Shown: one piece after another, positions 25,481 to 35,884 of the stretch
Numbering within the stretch: position 1 is the first letter of the stretch
How the letters are laid out: each line of letters opens with the position of its first letter
Source: Eutreptiella sp. 'Long Island Sound 2002'
Taxonomy: Eukaryota; Protista; Euglenida
Assembly: GCA_964036045.1 (NCBI GenBank)
Contig: OZ038379.1
Location: 3,100,001 to 3,164,000, forward strand
Reading direction: 5' to 3'
DNA length: 64,000 bases
Position numbers and translations under genes: made by a program
Notes under the pieces: generated by a model
Seen by the model: the letters and a program-made list of their open reading frames with translations, nothing else
What the model was told of the DNA's origin: nothing
The model's database searches: none

Positions 25481-27287
25481 CGGCGGCAGAGAATACCTTC
25501 AGGGGCTTTGGGCAGAGGAGCCTTTGTGCCGCGCACTGCACTGCACTGCACTGCACAACACTGCACTGCGCTCGGATCGTAGGACGCCAGGGAGGGACCG
25601 CAGCACGGGCCTTGGGGGTCATTGCTAGAAACCATCAACTTCTGCCACAGCTGCTACCCACCAATATCAACCCCCCTCCCCCCTCGTGGTGTCACTCTGC
25701 CTGTGACCCATGGGTCATGCAATGCAAGTGGTCCCACACAGCCTCAGCATTCTTCACTCCTGCACTCAGACAGCTCCGAGGCGCAGCAGTCATGATGAAA
25801 ACAGGTCCCTGCAAGACTGGTGCAAAGGAGGTATCACACTCCCTGTTGCCCCCCCGCCCCCCCTCCACCAGAGGAAACCTCTGCTACGTCAGTGCAGAGC
25901 ATACCGCAAAAGAAAAGCTCGGAAGTGACCATACATGACCATACGTACCTTTCAATGGGTACCCCCCTCCCGCGCGCCAATGGCAAAAATGCCTGGAAAC
26001 ACCACACACCACCAATGGGTAACACTGCGCGGTCTGGAACCCCGGCCCCGTGATACATTTCCCACATCACATGTGGGCACTCTCCGTATTTCACTGTCGT
26101 GCGAACGATTCAGTGTGCTACCTTGCCGACGCCGGTGTGGGAGGGACGCCAAGGGGCAGAAGCAGCATTTGTGGGCAGAGGGACAACTCTCACCCACCAA
26201 AGTACTGTTCCCCAGTGGCTTGCAGACAATTCCCTCCTGAAAACTCAAACCAGTGCGTACACCCGGAAGTACCAACCAGCACACCTCCTAAGCCTTTGTG
26301 GCACCGCCCCCCCTCCCCCGCGTGCAGGCCACAGCAACATGTGCACTTGCATGGTGCTTGGCAGTCCTGCAACTTGCTTCGAACTCCTCCAGTCCGATCC
26401 GCCCGTATTGTCTGTTTTCGCCGCTGGGCCGGGAAACAGGACAGGTCTTGACTCGGCTTACACCCCCCGGTCAGATGCATTGGGTCAAGAGGGGGGAGGG
26501 GGGGGTCACTCCTCCCCCCACAGATGCAGAAATTGTGGAGGGAAAGTTTGTGTCAAGCCCACGAATACCTTCCGCCATCAACCAACAGCTGCCATATTAA
26601 GTTGCACAATGGGGGGGGGGGGTTCCAGGACTGTTTCGAAACTGTGGCAAAGCAGCAAAAAGACCGCAGCGGTGGTCACAGCGTAAAAGTGAAAAACGAC
26701 AGACAGACAGCAGCATACCCAACCACCTACACACAGCAGAGGAAACTTTTGGGGTAGAAGGGGCGTTTGGGGGGGGGGGCATTTTGGGGGGTTTAAGGGT
26801 GCAAACGGTCAGGGTGCAATGTCCGCTTGCCAACCCAAAGTCGGAAGGTGCAATAACCTCCCATGATACAAGGAAATCAACGCCGGTTCAGTAGAGTCAC
26901 AGCTGTTTCCTACGGTCTGGGCTTGGTGTGGCTGGAGGCCAACCGGGGGGCGACTTTGGCCAAAAGAGACCAAAACTGTGTGGGAGGCTCGACGCACAGT
27001 TTGCAGCCGGCACGGTGTGTCGAACTCTCCGCCCCCCCAAGGAGAAGGCTGCTTATGACAGAGCGCAAACACGCGTCAGCACATGAAGCAGCGAAGAAGA
27101 GGCTCGTCAGCGGCAACTTAAATACCATCGGCACCTTTCCGCAGCAAAAAAAAAAGACGGGTGTTGAGCTGTTGTGAAGTGGAACTCCCACTTGAAGGGG
27201 AGGGCAGCAGGGAAGTGCCGCAGACGCTGAATGGCCGTGGGTGGGAAAAAAGGTTAGAGGGAGCAGGCGGCGGCGGTTACAAACCGT

Positions 27288-28445
27288 TGCAGCGGCAGTT
27301 GGAGTTGGACGGATGCGGCTGGGGCGTAACTGACTTGCTGTTGGGTGTGGGACCTCCCCGCGCTTCACGCGCAGCCCTGCTGACTGTTAGGGGCCTTTGC
27401 GAGACAAACGTGATCGTGCACCGCCACAACGTGGACCGAGTTGCTTGAGATGTCGGGAGGGATGTATCAGAAGAGAGGAAGGGGGGGGCGGATTTGGCAG
27501 CCAAATGTGTGTGTACCCAAAATGGCCCGACAAGATTTTCCCAATGGTAAATTTCGGTTTTTTCCACTGTGGTCACTTTGGTCGGGGGGGGGGGGGGGTG
27601 AGGTTCCAGGGGGGGGGGGGGGCATTCTAAGATGTCCCTGGACGTCGGGAAATGCCAGTTTCAAGCCAATCAGAAAAAAAAGCCCCGAATGTGCAGAATG
27701 GGCCAGGCCTACTCTCTACATGACCCTGAGCTACGGCTTGGAGTGAATGCTCGGTTCCTTCATGAACTCCTTCATTCGAAGCAGGTCGATGTCGTCGGGC
27801 ATCTGCCCTTTGACCCCGGGCATGGTGAGGGAGGACCAGCCTCTCTCGCGGATCATGCGCAGCCACTGGTTGTACACCACGTCCTTGACCTCGGCACTGG
27901 GCCCCACTTTGTCGTCCAGGGCCTTCAGCACTTGCCGGTTTCTCTGCTCCAAGTGCCTCATGGTGAACTCGTGCACGGCGCGCTCCACGGCGAGCTGCTT
28001 GGCCGACAGCGCGACGGCGGGGGCGACTTTGGGCTTCGTGTCGCGGATGGTCACATCCACCTTGACGTCCTCGGTGGGCTGCTGCTTCGGCACCGTGTGC
28101 TTCGGCGTCTCATGGAACACGAGGCGCCGGGTCATCTGCTTCCAAGCATCTCTTCCATGCTTCGAGGCCATATCCCAGATACAGTGGCTATGGCAAAGGA
28201 ACAAAGAGCGGGGGGGGCTTGCCCGGGCGCCGGGAAAAGCGGTCACAACAGTGCCTGGCGTCGCAGGGTCTCCCCAGAGACTGAAGGCGGCATCAGTCGC
28301 AGTGGGTTGTGTCGCTCGTTTGACATGCACCAACTAGGTTGGCGCCACATGCACACACACCCATGTACGTCCAATCGTCAACTCCAGAAGACATTTCCCC
28401 ATTCAACACATTCAGGCACGTAGATAGGCAGGCACATGCGCATAC
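27288..28445. repeat. Block A (1158 bp), left copy of the direct duplication flanking the retroelement
   Basis: Starts TGCAGCGGCAGTTGG, ends GCACATGCGCATAC; matches 36319-37477; ORF-track translations identical; only difference noticed is one G in a homopolymer. Confidence 0.97.
27731..28150 (-). CDS. Putative host exon or gene fragment of unknown function (left copy)
   Basis: QMTRRLVFHETPKH...MKEFMKEPSIHSKP shows a strong G/C third-position bias (gtc, gcc, aag, ctg) unlike its flanks; helical, charged sequence; boundaries uncertain. Confidence 0.5.
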   Translation of the reverse strand, partial: DAWKQMTRRLVFHETPKHTVPKQQPTEDVKVDVTIRDTKPKVAPAVALSAKQLAVERAVHEFTMRHLEQRNRQVLKALDDKVGPSAEVKDVVYNQWLRMIRERGWSSLTMPGVKGQMPDDIDLLRMKEFMKEPSIHSKP

Positions 28446-28879
28446 GCTGCAAGGGGCGAGCACAAGTACAAAAACTCCTCAGACAAACACGGCCATGCCC
28501 ATGAGGCTAGTGCAAACAAACAATGCAACAGTAGACAGGATGTTCTGGTGGCCCAAAGTCGGGCTGATTGCCCTCGGCACGCAAATACATAATGACAACA
28601 ACGACATTTCATCATCGGTAGGCATCTGTGGTCCCGGGCACACACCATATTCGACCCCTGGCGCCCATGGATCCTGTCCACTCTCGTTTTGTGTGGCACC
28701 AGACCCGCCTTTCGTTTCCATACCAAACTCAACCTGATTTATGTCAAAAATACACTGACTATGCGTTCACACAGGGCCTTACGTCCAGTATATGTGTCGC
28801 TCGCCACAGAGCACTCACACTGGCACCACAAATCAATGGTACTGCACAGCATGCGCAGAAACATCCTGAGATGAAACCA
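28446..28879 (-). repeat. Block B, 3' terminal repeat (pseudo-LTR), 434 bp
   Basis: GCTGCAAGGGGCGAG...GAGATGAAACCA, same as 35885-36318; includes the last 15 codons and stop of ORF2. Confidence 0.96.
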
Positions 28880-31800
28880 CTCCCGAGCCGCTGGTCGCTG
28901 CCGCCCGTTTGCCCTCCCGAACCCACGTGGTAACAGATCCCAGGGAAAACACCTCTAGAAGGTTATACTTCCGCAGAAAGCGTGTGAGACAGGGCAACCA
29001 CCAATGTTTGGGGTAAGAGTGCCAGCCTACGCCCCAGAGGAGGGAGCGAAAATTAGCCTGCACATCTGCAGTGGAACCCGCATACCACAGTGATTTGAGA
29101 AACAGGGACGGCAGCATAGACGCCAGCGTAAAGCTCGCGTTGGCTGAGCGGGCTGGGACCCACCTGAGCCACTCACCCAGCTCAGCGCCCTCAGCGATGT
29201 CCCAGATGACCCCTTTCCTGGTCAAAGAGAAGCCCAGGGGGAGGGGTTTCCATGAACACTCTCCCCAGGACACCCGTAAATCTGTAGGTTCCCATTTCAG
29301 GGGAACTCCATACAAACAGTCCAGGAAATGCTTCGCCGCATGGCGAACGCGAGGGAACAGGGCAGGATGGATGTTCATAAAAATTATGTAGATGTTATCA
29401 CGAAAACGTGAGAAAAGAATGCCTGGGCTGGTGGATATGGGGACAGCCGGGTCGGATGGGCGCGTCGCCCACCCCCACCACCCTCGACGGGCCTCGCTCA
29501 CCACAAAGTCCATGGGATCCAGTTCCCGAAAGAACTCTCGAAGCCGCGCCCTGTCTCGGGGGGGTGCACTCGCAATAACAGTACCCATGCGCCCATCCGG
29601 CGCTCCGTCCCAGAGGGAGGTCACCAGCAGGTCAACCCGCACCCCGTCCACGTCGAGGTACCCGAAGGAGGCATCAGTAGGCCCCCACCACCCTCCGAAC
29701 CCATCAGTACGCAAAGTACTGCTGTGCAAAAAGGGTCGGTCTGTGCTCCCGAGTACCCTGCCCAGTTTCTGTGACCCCCTGCAGGACGGGTGACAAACTT
29801 CGATAGGTTCCCGGACACACAGACGGATATCGGCCAGGGACGCTGGTGCACCCTCCTCACCTTTACGTACTGTCTGATCCCACGTCTTGACAAGACCAGA
29901 CCGGTGCTTACCAAAAATATACTTAAGCTCACGGGCAAGTGCCCAGAGTTCAGCAAGTTGCGCTGACAAATGTCCACCAATCGGGACACCCCGATCGCCT
30001 TGTTTCAGCAATAGCGGGCCCAGCACCAGCCCTGTGTTGTGGTGCAGGTCCCAGGAAACAAAGTCCAGCAATTCCTGCCGGGAGATAACCCTGAAGTCAG
30101 CACTACTCGCTGTACCCAGGCGATCAAGGGCCTTCTCCCCAGACTTATGCAGTGCAAAAAACTCCGCACATCCGCGCCTCTCTCCCTCCAAAAGCTCAAA
30201 CAGTTCATGCAGGGCCGGCACAACATCGCCCTTGGGGATATTCCAGAACATATCCGTCATGTCCGCCTCATCAGGGCGGACACTGGCCCAGACCGGGTTG
30301 AACCTGCCCAAGGACCCCAGTAAATCACGTACTCCTACCATACTCGGCATGCCCAATGTCTGGAACTGCCGGTACACTTCGCTGACAATGAGCTGTAGTG
30401 ATCTGCTCATGAGGCGTGCATACGAGCGCAGGATGTGGAGCTTAAAGGACACAATATCGCGCCATTTAACAATGGCCTGTGCCCCACGTTCAACCGTCTT
30501 CCATTTCAAAATGGAAAAAATCGAGGGCGCACCAAAAAGTGGCCGCTGATGCTGGCGTTGGGGGCCTGGGTCTAAATCTACAGTGTCTCCAGGGGAAGGT
30601 GGAGGTTCCGGGTCGGTATAGACCGAATTAATGTGAGTTGCAGCCCAAGAAAGATCTGCATACCCTTTACGCAGGAGATTGTGATGAATCGCACAGTCCA
30701 CAATCCCATGTGCTTGGGCAGAGGTCAGTGTATCATACACATTCGCTGCTTGGGCAGCAGCTTTGGACTCTGCCACGCCCCACAAAATAAAGCGGTCCCC
30801 TCCCAAGTAGGATCCCACCACATGGTCCTCTTCCAACACCCTGCATGCACCGGACATCCTGTGGAGCTGTTTGTCCCAAATCCCTGCGCGAAAGCGAAGG
30901 TCCCAGATGCGTTTAGAGAGCCCGGAAACATGCTCGCTGCCCAATGTGGGGCACTCCAGTGTATACGCAGAGATGTCCGCAAGACAAAAATTATGCACCC
31001 ATTCAACAATAGGTGCTATATCGTCTCCGGAAAGCAAGGAACTCGCTGACACAGGCGGGTATAGCGCAGAGGAAGAGGACGCAGGGGTCGTGGGGAGCGA
31101 GGGAGGGATTTGGGAGAGGGAGAGAGAGGCAGAAGCCAGAGAGGGAGAGATGCCAGACGCGGAGGGAAGAAAACCCTCTGCGGGTACAGTCATGCGTTGC
31201 AGGGACGTCTGGAACAGCTCCATCTGAGCTGCCAGCACATCTATGGAAGGAATGACGCACTGACGCGCATTGCTGCTGAGGGTATCAGCCCCTTCGTCAC
31301 TGAAAAGACACGCCCATTGTGATCTAGTGCGCAGGACAACATGTCCCAGATCGTTCCGTAGGGCAGGATGCTGTCGCATCAATGCAGCACATGTGCATCG
31401 TCGCCCTTGCCTTCGCGCGAGCTGTCGTTGTATCTCTTGCACTACACGCGGCTGAACTTCAGAGGGTTCTTTGAAGACCCATGCTCGCTGCTGCCCCCCC
31501 ACAAGGAAAGGCGACGCGTCGTAGGTTCCAAGTTTAATACCAGAGACCAGCTCGTCTGCAGTCATGCGAACAGTACGTAAGGCAGCCCCTCCCCTGAATA
31601 CATCTTTAAGTTTATGGGCTTGCAAAGGTAGAACAGACAATGCACGGGAAAGCCATGCCTTGAGGGTTTGCGGTACATCATGCTGCGCAATCTGTGACCT
31701 GAGGCTCCTCTTAATGCCATTGATGGTATGCCTGTGGTAGGTAGGAACCCGTACGATAAAACGACGTTGCAATTCAACACCCCACGTGCGTTTCACTACA

Positions 31801-33824
31801 CCCTGGACTGCGCGAAAGAAGGAATCAAACAGGCGGCCTGGGATTTTCCCCAATGAAGAGGTTAGTAGATCAAGCAGATCCTCTACTCCCTGGTCGGTAT
31901 CCTTACTGCTCCTCACTTTCCAGAGTACATCGTTCACACGCTGGGACAGTGTTTTGGCTTCAGATGAAGTCTCCTCCCGCAGGCTCCACCGCCACCGCAG
32001 TTCGCCTATCCCCCACCCTCTCGCTGGGTCAATTTGATTCAGGGTGGGGGCCAGTACACTGTCAAAGTGCGACTCGACATTAAACGCTTCTCGTGGCGGG
32101 TCCACCTTCTGCAGCAGTACCATCGAGGCTTGGTGACCCCCCACTCTGGCTAGCACTCTAGACAGGGAGGGTGTTTTTCCAAACCCCAACTGACATCTCA
32201 TTCGTCTGTGTCTGTTGCCCAGGAACAGGTTCCTGAGTGATTTGGCTCTGGACAGATGTTCCTTATAGCGCTCCAGAGGTGCCCTCGGACCCTGCAGAAA
32301 ACCAACTTGACCTACATACGGCAGGAAGGCTCCCACCATAACATAGATCCATGTGTCTTCTATCGTCAGTGGTGTATCCAAGGGGAGGCGTGACAGGCGC
32401 ACAGCTCGTCTCAGTCGGGCATCAGGGCAGTCCTTGAGCAGCTGGTTGCTGCGCATAAGAGACTCCGCAACCATGTCCCATTTCACACATCGGGATTTTA
32501 GAAGTTGTGCACGCACATCGGCTTCTTCATCCCAGGCCGCCCAGAATTCTGAAAGCAAGGCCAGTTGCTCTTCCCTGGTAGGAAAGGGTGAATCTGAACC
32601 CACCAGACCCGGTAGAGGCCCGTACCATGCTCCTGAGCCTGTGGACTTAATGATGTTCTTCACAGCCACACCAAACCTCCTGGCATCCACACCGCACCCT
32701 ACTTCTGCCGTACCTCCATCTATCAACCACCATTCCCATATACCCTTCTGCCAGTACCAGACTTCTTGGCCTGTTGCGCTCTGGTCGAACGCACGAACCT
32801 TTAATCTGGATTGTGCACCGAATTGTACAGCACGGCCGTCATTGGCCCATTTTTCTAAAACACCATTCCATCCACGATTGTGTTCCCTGTTATGTAAAAC
32901 GCACAGTCGAAAATTCGGATCGTGTAGGCGATCCTCCACCTTTGCAGAGAATTCAAAGGGTGCAACATCGGATCTCAGGAAAAACTTCCTCGTCGAGTCG
33001 GACATTGCAAAAACATTATCTAGAACACCGTCAAAGTATAGACACTCCGGAATATCCGTTGCATACATCGGCAGGCCTGCAGACCAGGGGCTCCCAAATA
33101 GCATGCAGTTGATTCCCAGAACGTCACGCAGAAAATCTTCTGCTCCGCCTGTCAATCTACATCCTAAGCCTCGTCTACTATGCATAATTTCCACAAGGAT
33201 AATGGCGTATTCGCAAAACTGCTGGACTTCAGCCGGCGTCACTTCAGACCATGTCCTCACTCCATTGGTCGCCGCATAGCCGTCCCATAGAGGTCGCAGG
33301 GATCTGTTCCTGGCCAAGACGCTGGCAAATGTATCAACAGTAGCGCATTCTTGTAGAAACCGCAAAATGGGAAGACATACACTCTTCTGACCCGCAAACA
33401 GATTTTCTGATTGAGTAGAGGACATATCGGCTCTATCACTATCTTCCGATGGATCCACACTCCGTTGCGTCGAAGAAGAGGAAGAGGAGAGTGGGGAGAA
33501 TGGGTCAGAGTCCAGAGTAGCGTTGCTCTGTAACCCTGCCTCTAAGCAAACAGCCTCTGATGGTGCCTGGGGATCTGCTCGTCCACTGTGATTGTCGCTC
33601 ATGTAGGCAATACAGGTCCCAGGAGCCATCGGAGGTTCGTCGATCTCAGTAGTAGGCATTTCTAGTATTCGCTGATCGTCACAAATAGTGGAGCGCAGAA
33701 AGGTAGCGGCTTGCTCCAGGTCATTGATAGCTCGCGCCCTCTCCAAATCTTCTCGTGCGTGTTGTAGAAGAAGTTCACGCAGTGTCGGAGAGAGCACAGA
33801 AAACGAAGTCCCTGTACTCGTCAT
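28833..33824 (-). CDS. ORF2 polyprotein, 1663 aa: putative MTase-like domain, GIY-YIG endonuclease, reverse transcriptase
   Basis: GIY-YIG: WIY-x8-YVG, ERYKEH, VESHF, PTLN (aa ~492-596). CTC...GHVV linker. RT: DMTDMFWNIP (D1188), GVPIGGHLSAQLA (aa 1279), RFRDN (D1476). No stops over 5 kb. Confidence 0.93.
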   Translation of the reverse strand: MTSTGTSFSVLSPTLRELLLQHAREDLERARAINDLEQAATFLRSTICDDQRILEMPTTEIDEPPMAPGTCIAYMSDNHSGRADPQAPSEAVCLEAGLQSNATLDSDPFSPLSSSSSSTQRSVDPSEDSDRADMSSTQSENLFAGQKSVCLPILRFLQECATVDTFASVLARNRSLRPLWDGYAATNGVRTWSEVTPAEVQQFCEYAIILVEIMHSRRGLGCRLTGGAEDFLRDVLGINCMLFGSPWSAGLPMYATDIPECLYFDGVLDNVFAMSDSTRKFFLRSDVAPFEFSAKVEDRLHDPNFRLCVLHNREHNRGWNGVLEKWANDGRAVQFGAQSRLKVRAFDQSATGQEVWYWQKGIWEWWLIDGGTAEVGCGVDARRFGVAVKNIIKSTGSGAWYGPLPGLVGSDSPFPTREEQLALLSEFWAAWDEEADVRAQLLKSRCVKWDMVAESLMRSNQLLKDCPDARLRRAVRLSRLPLDTPLTIEDTWIYVMVGAFLPYVGQVGFLQGPRAPLERYKEHLSRAKSLRNLFLGNRHRRMRCQLGFGKTPSLSRVLARVGGHQASMVLLQKVDPPREAFNVESHFDSVLAPTLNQIDPARGWGIGELRWRWSLREETSSEAKTLSQRVNDVLWKVRSSKDTDQGVEDLLDLLTSSLGKIPGRLFDSFFRAVQGVVKRTWGVELQRRFIVRVPTYHRHTINGIKRSLRSQIAQHDVPQTLKAWLSRALSVLPLQAHKLKDVFRGGAALRTVRMTADELVSGIKLGTYDASPFLVGGQQRAWVFKEPSEVQPRVVQEIQRQLARRQGRRCTCAALMRQHPALRNDLGHVVLRTRSQWACLFSDEGADTLSSNARQCVIPSIDVLAAQMELFQTSLQRMTVPAEGFLPSASGISPSLASASLSLSQIPPSLPTTPASSSSALYPPVSASSLLSGDDIAPIVEWVHNFCLADISAYTLECPTLGSEHVSGLSKRIWDLRFRAGIWDKQLHRMSGACRVLEEDHVVGSYLGGDRFILWGVAESKAAAQAANVYDTLTSAQAHGIVDCAIHHNLLRKGYADLSWAATHINSVYTDPEPPPSPGDTVDLDPGPQRQHQRPLFGAPSIFSILKWKTVERGAQAIVKWRDIVSFKLHILRSYARLMSRSLQLIVSEVYRQFQTLGMPSMVGVRDLLGSLGRFNPVWASVRPDEADMTDMFWNIPKGDVVPALHELFELLEGERRGCAEFFALHKSGEKALDRLGTASSADFRVISRQELLDFVSWDLHHNTGLVLGPLLLKQGDRGVPIGGHLSAQLAELWALARELKYIFGKHRSGLVKTWDQTVRKGEEGAPASLADIRLCVREPIEVCHPSCRGSQKLGRVLGSTDRPFLHSSTLRTDGFGGWWGPTDASFGYLDVDGVRVDLLVTSLWDGAPDGRMGTVIASAPPRDRARLREFFRELDPMDFVVSEARRGWWGWATRPSDPAVPISTSPGILFSRFRDNIYIIFMNIHPALFPRVRHAAKHFLDCLYGVPLKWEPTDLRVSWGECSWKPLPLGFSLTRKGVIWDIAEGAELGEWLRWVPARSANASFTLASMLPSLFLKSLWYAGSTADVQANFRSLLWGVGWHSYPKHWWLPCLTRFLRKYNLLEVFSLGSVTTWVREGKRAAATSGSGVVSSQDVSAHAVQYH

Positions 33825-35764
33825 GGTGCTGCAGTCCCAGAGGTAGAAGCAGTTCCATCAGTGAGGCAAGGGCGTTTCAGAGGTTTACCCGCGTTCAACT
33901 CGTCCGCTGCTACGTGTGCAGCTTCTTCCCAAAAGAAGACCTTGTCGAAGGTGTTCATTTCCCACGTGTCAAAAGGGCATGCCTCAGCACTCTCCAGAGC
34001 CGGTTCCAGCGGGTTCTGGATGGTCACAGCGCTGGAAGGTCCCAGTACCAAGTGCCCCGCAGGTCGCAGTCCAACAGACCTCACTGTGACGACCTGGTGA
34101 GTCCTCTCTGGGGGTCCATCCGACACTGCAGCAGGCCCCGGCGCTAGGACCACCATATGCAGTCCCTGACCAGTATGGCTAAGGGCGTGCACTCCTTCGT
34201 TCCTCCTCTTAATTGCGGGCGGCGTCAGCAAAGAACCCCTGCATTGCAGGAGCGCCGCCATATCGACCATTTTCCACTCCTGTGCAGGACGCCACCCAAG
34301 CTGCCATTCCCTCAGCTCATTCGCTTTAGGGGTAGCGCCCTGATTTTCTGTCGCAGTCGGAGCGTCCGAGTGGTCCATCATCGTCAAGTCTTCAGAAAAG
34401 GCGGACACTCGGTTGTCATCCGATGAGTTGGAAATAGAAATGCGTCCTGAATGTAGAGGCATGTCAGCGCCCATAGTAAGCAGACTCTCAGCCGTGGGTG
34501 CTGCAGGTCCCGACTTGGTGTCCTCGAGGGTCGCAAGCCGCATCTTCTCCTCGATCTGGGGATCGAGACTCGGGGGCAGCTCAGCCAGGGCCGCTTCTTT
34601 TGCCTGCTGCATCAGGGCATTCACCTCGTCCGGGGAGACACCGCCGACCTTGACCAGAAGTGTGCCCATCAAACTCTGGGAGACACTGGTGGAGCGCTTC
34701 AGATCCGTCACAGACTGATCGATACGGCCCAGCTGCTGCCAAATGTGTTTGCGGTCCTCGGTCAGGGTTTTTAACGACTCTTCAGCATCCTGCACTCGGG
34801 CGTTCAGGGCGTGCGCGGGAAGGCCGACGATAGCGGGCTGCATTCTCGAGCTGGGCGGTGTTTTCGCTAGCGATAGGCTCGGAGTGGAGGTCGACGGGTT
34901 CAGGGCGATCTGAAAGGAGTTGTTCGGTCCGTTCAGTGCAGTGGCCACCAGATCTGTAGCAGGGTCACCCGCGCGATCCCGTTTGCCCCGTTTCGGTTTC
35001 AACTTCTTCTTCCCCTTCCCCTTCGAGGACGAGACGTCACGGGGCTGAAAAGCAAAACCCTGTGCCTGACCAGCAGTGCCTGGTGGTGCAGGCAACGCCA
35101 GCACATTCGAGTCGTTCACTGGTGGCGCACTCGCTGGTAGCAGTGAATGCTGAAAGAACTCAGCAGTAGGCGCGTCCTTCACAGGTTGCGGGGGTGTGGT
35201 CTTCGGATCGGTTCCGTCGTCCCATCGCGGAAGCCCAGTGGCTGCCTCCATCACTGCAGCCAGGAACTCTCGATCCGACATCCGGGGCCACCTGGAAGTA
35301 TCCACCTCCAAATTCTCAGCGATCTGGTACCGGGTGTAGCGCTTCTCCCGTACATCACGCAGAATTTTGTGCCAATAATCACGGTTCGAGGTCCAGCGAT
35401 CAGAGTCAGCCTGGCACCATCTGTGATTCGTTGGAAAATGAACGCCTGAAAGATGTCCAAACTTCTTACAGAGATAGCACGGATTTCCCATTTTGTGTTC
35501 GGCCTTACCCAGCGCTTCAGAGTTGCTGTGGTCCACTTGTTTGAGGTCAAACCGCGGCAAGACGTCGTCAGTGTGGGACCCACCTTGGCGAGGTTCTTTA
35601 GTCGGAGAGGATCGCGGAGGAGAACGTCGCTGTTTCCGACTCCCATTTCCTTTCCTCTGTTTTTGCTGCACTTGTTGCCCGTCAGCCATTAGAGAGCGCA
35701 CTGCATGCGCAGTAGCATCGCCAATGAGCTTGGCCATTTTATCGGATGGAACGAAGGAAGACAT
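33821..35764 (-). CDS. ORF1, gag-like protein with CX2CX4HX4H knuckle and coiled coil (first ATG 35764; frame open to 35830)
   Basis: CYLCKKFGHLSGVH; basic N-terminal stretch (KQRKGNGSRKQRR); heptad-like RVQDAEESLKTLTEDRKHIWQQLGRIDQSVTDL; stop overlaps the ORF2 start (ATGA). Confidence 0.85.
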   Translation of the reverse strand: MSSFVPSDKMAKLIGDATAHAVRSLMADGQQVQQKQRKGNGSRKQRRSPPRSSPTKEPRQGGSHTDDVLPRFDLKQVDHSNSEALGKAEHKMGNPCYLCKKFGHLSGVHFPTNHRWCQADSDRWTSNRDYWHKILRDVREKRYTRYQIAENLEVDTSRWPRMSDREFLAAVMEAATGLPRWDDGTDPKTTPPQPVKDAPTAEFFQHSLLPASAPPVNDSNVLALPAPPGTAGQAQGFAFQPRDVSSSKGKGKKKLKPKRGKRDRAGDPATDLVATALNGPNNSFQIALNPSTSTPSLSLAKTPPSSRMQPAIVGLPAHALNARVQDAEESLKTLTEDRKHIWQQLGRIDQSVTDLKRSTSVSQSLMGTLLVKVGGVSPDEVNALMQQAKEAALAELPPSLDPQIEEKMRLATLEDTKSGPAAPTAESLLTMGADMPLHSGRISISNSSDDNRVSAFSEDLTMMDHSDAPTATENQGATPKANELREWQLGWRPAQEWKMVDMAALLQCRGSLLTPPAIKRRNEGVHALSHTGQGLHMVVLAPGPAAVSDGPPERTHQVVTVRSVGLRPAGHLVLGPSSAVTIQNPLEPALESAEACPFDTWEMNTFDKVFFWEEAAHVAADELNAGKPLKRPCLTDGTASTSGTAAP

Positions 35765-35884
35765 CGAAGGAGCTTGAACGATATCGAGGTAATACCGCGA
35801 ATGTCGAAAGTGAACTTGTACTTGAATCAACGGAGGACAATGGAAGGTACACGCGTTTCAGTCGCACGCGTGTTAGAGCCACAG

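Noticed and set aside
29071-35777. Long plus-strand ORFs over the retroelement (e.g. 32353-33279, 29887-30549)
   Set aside because: Antisense shadows of the GC-rich ORF1/ORF2 with no motifs
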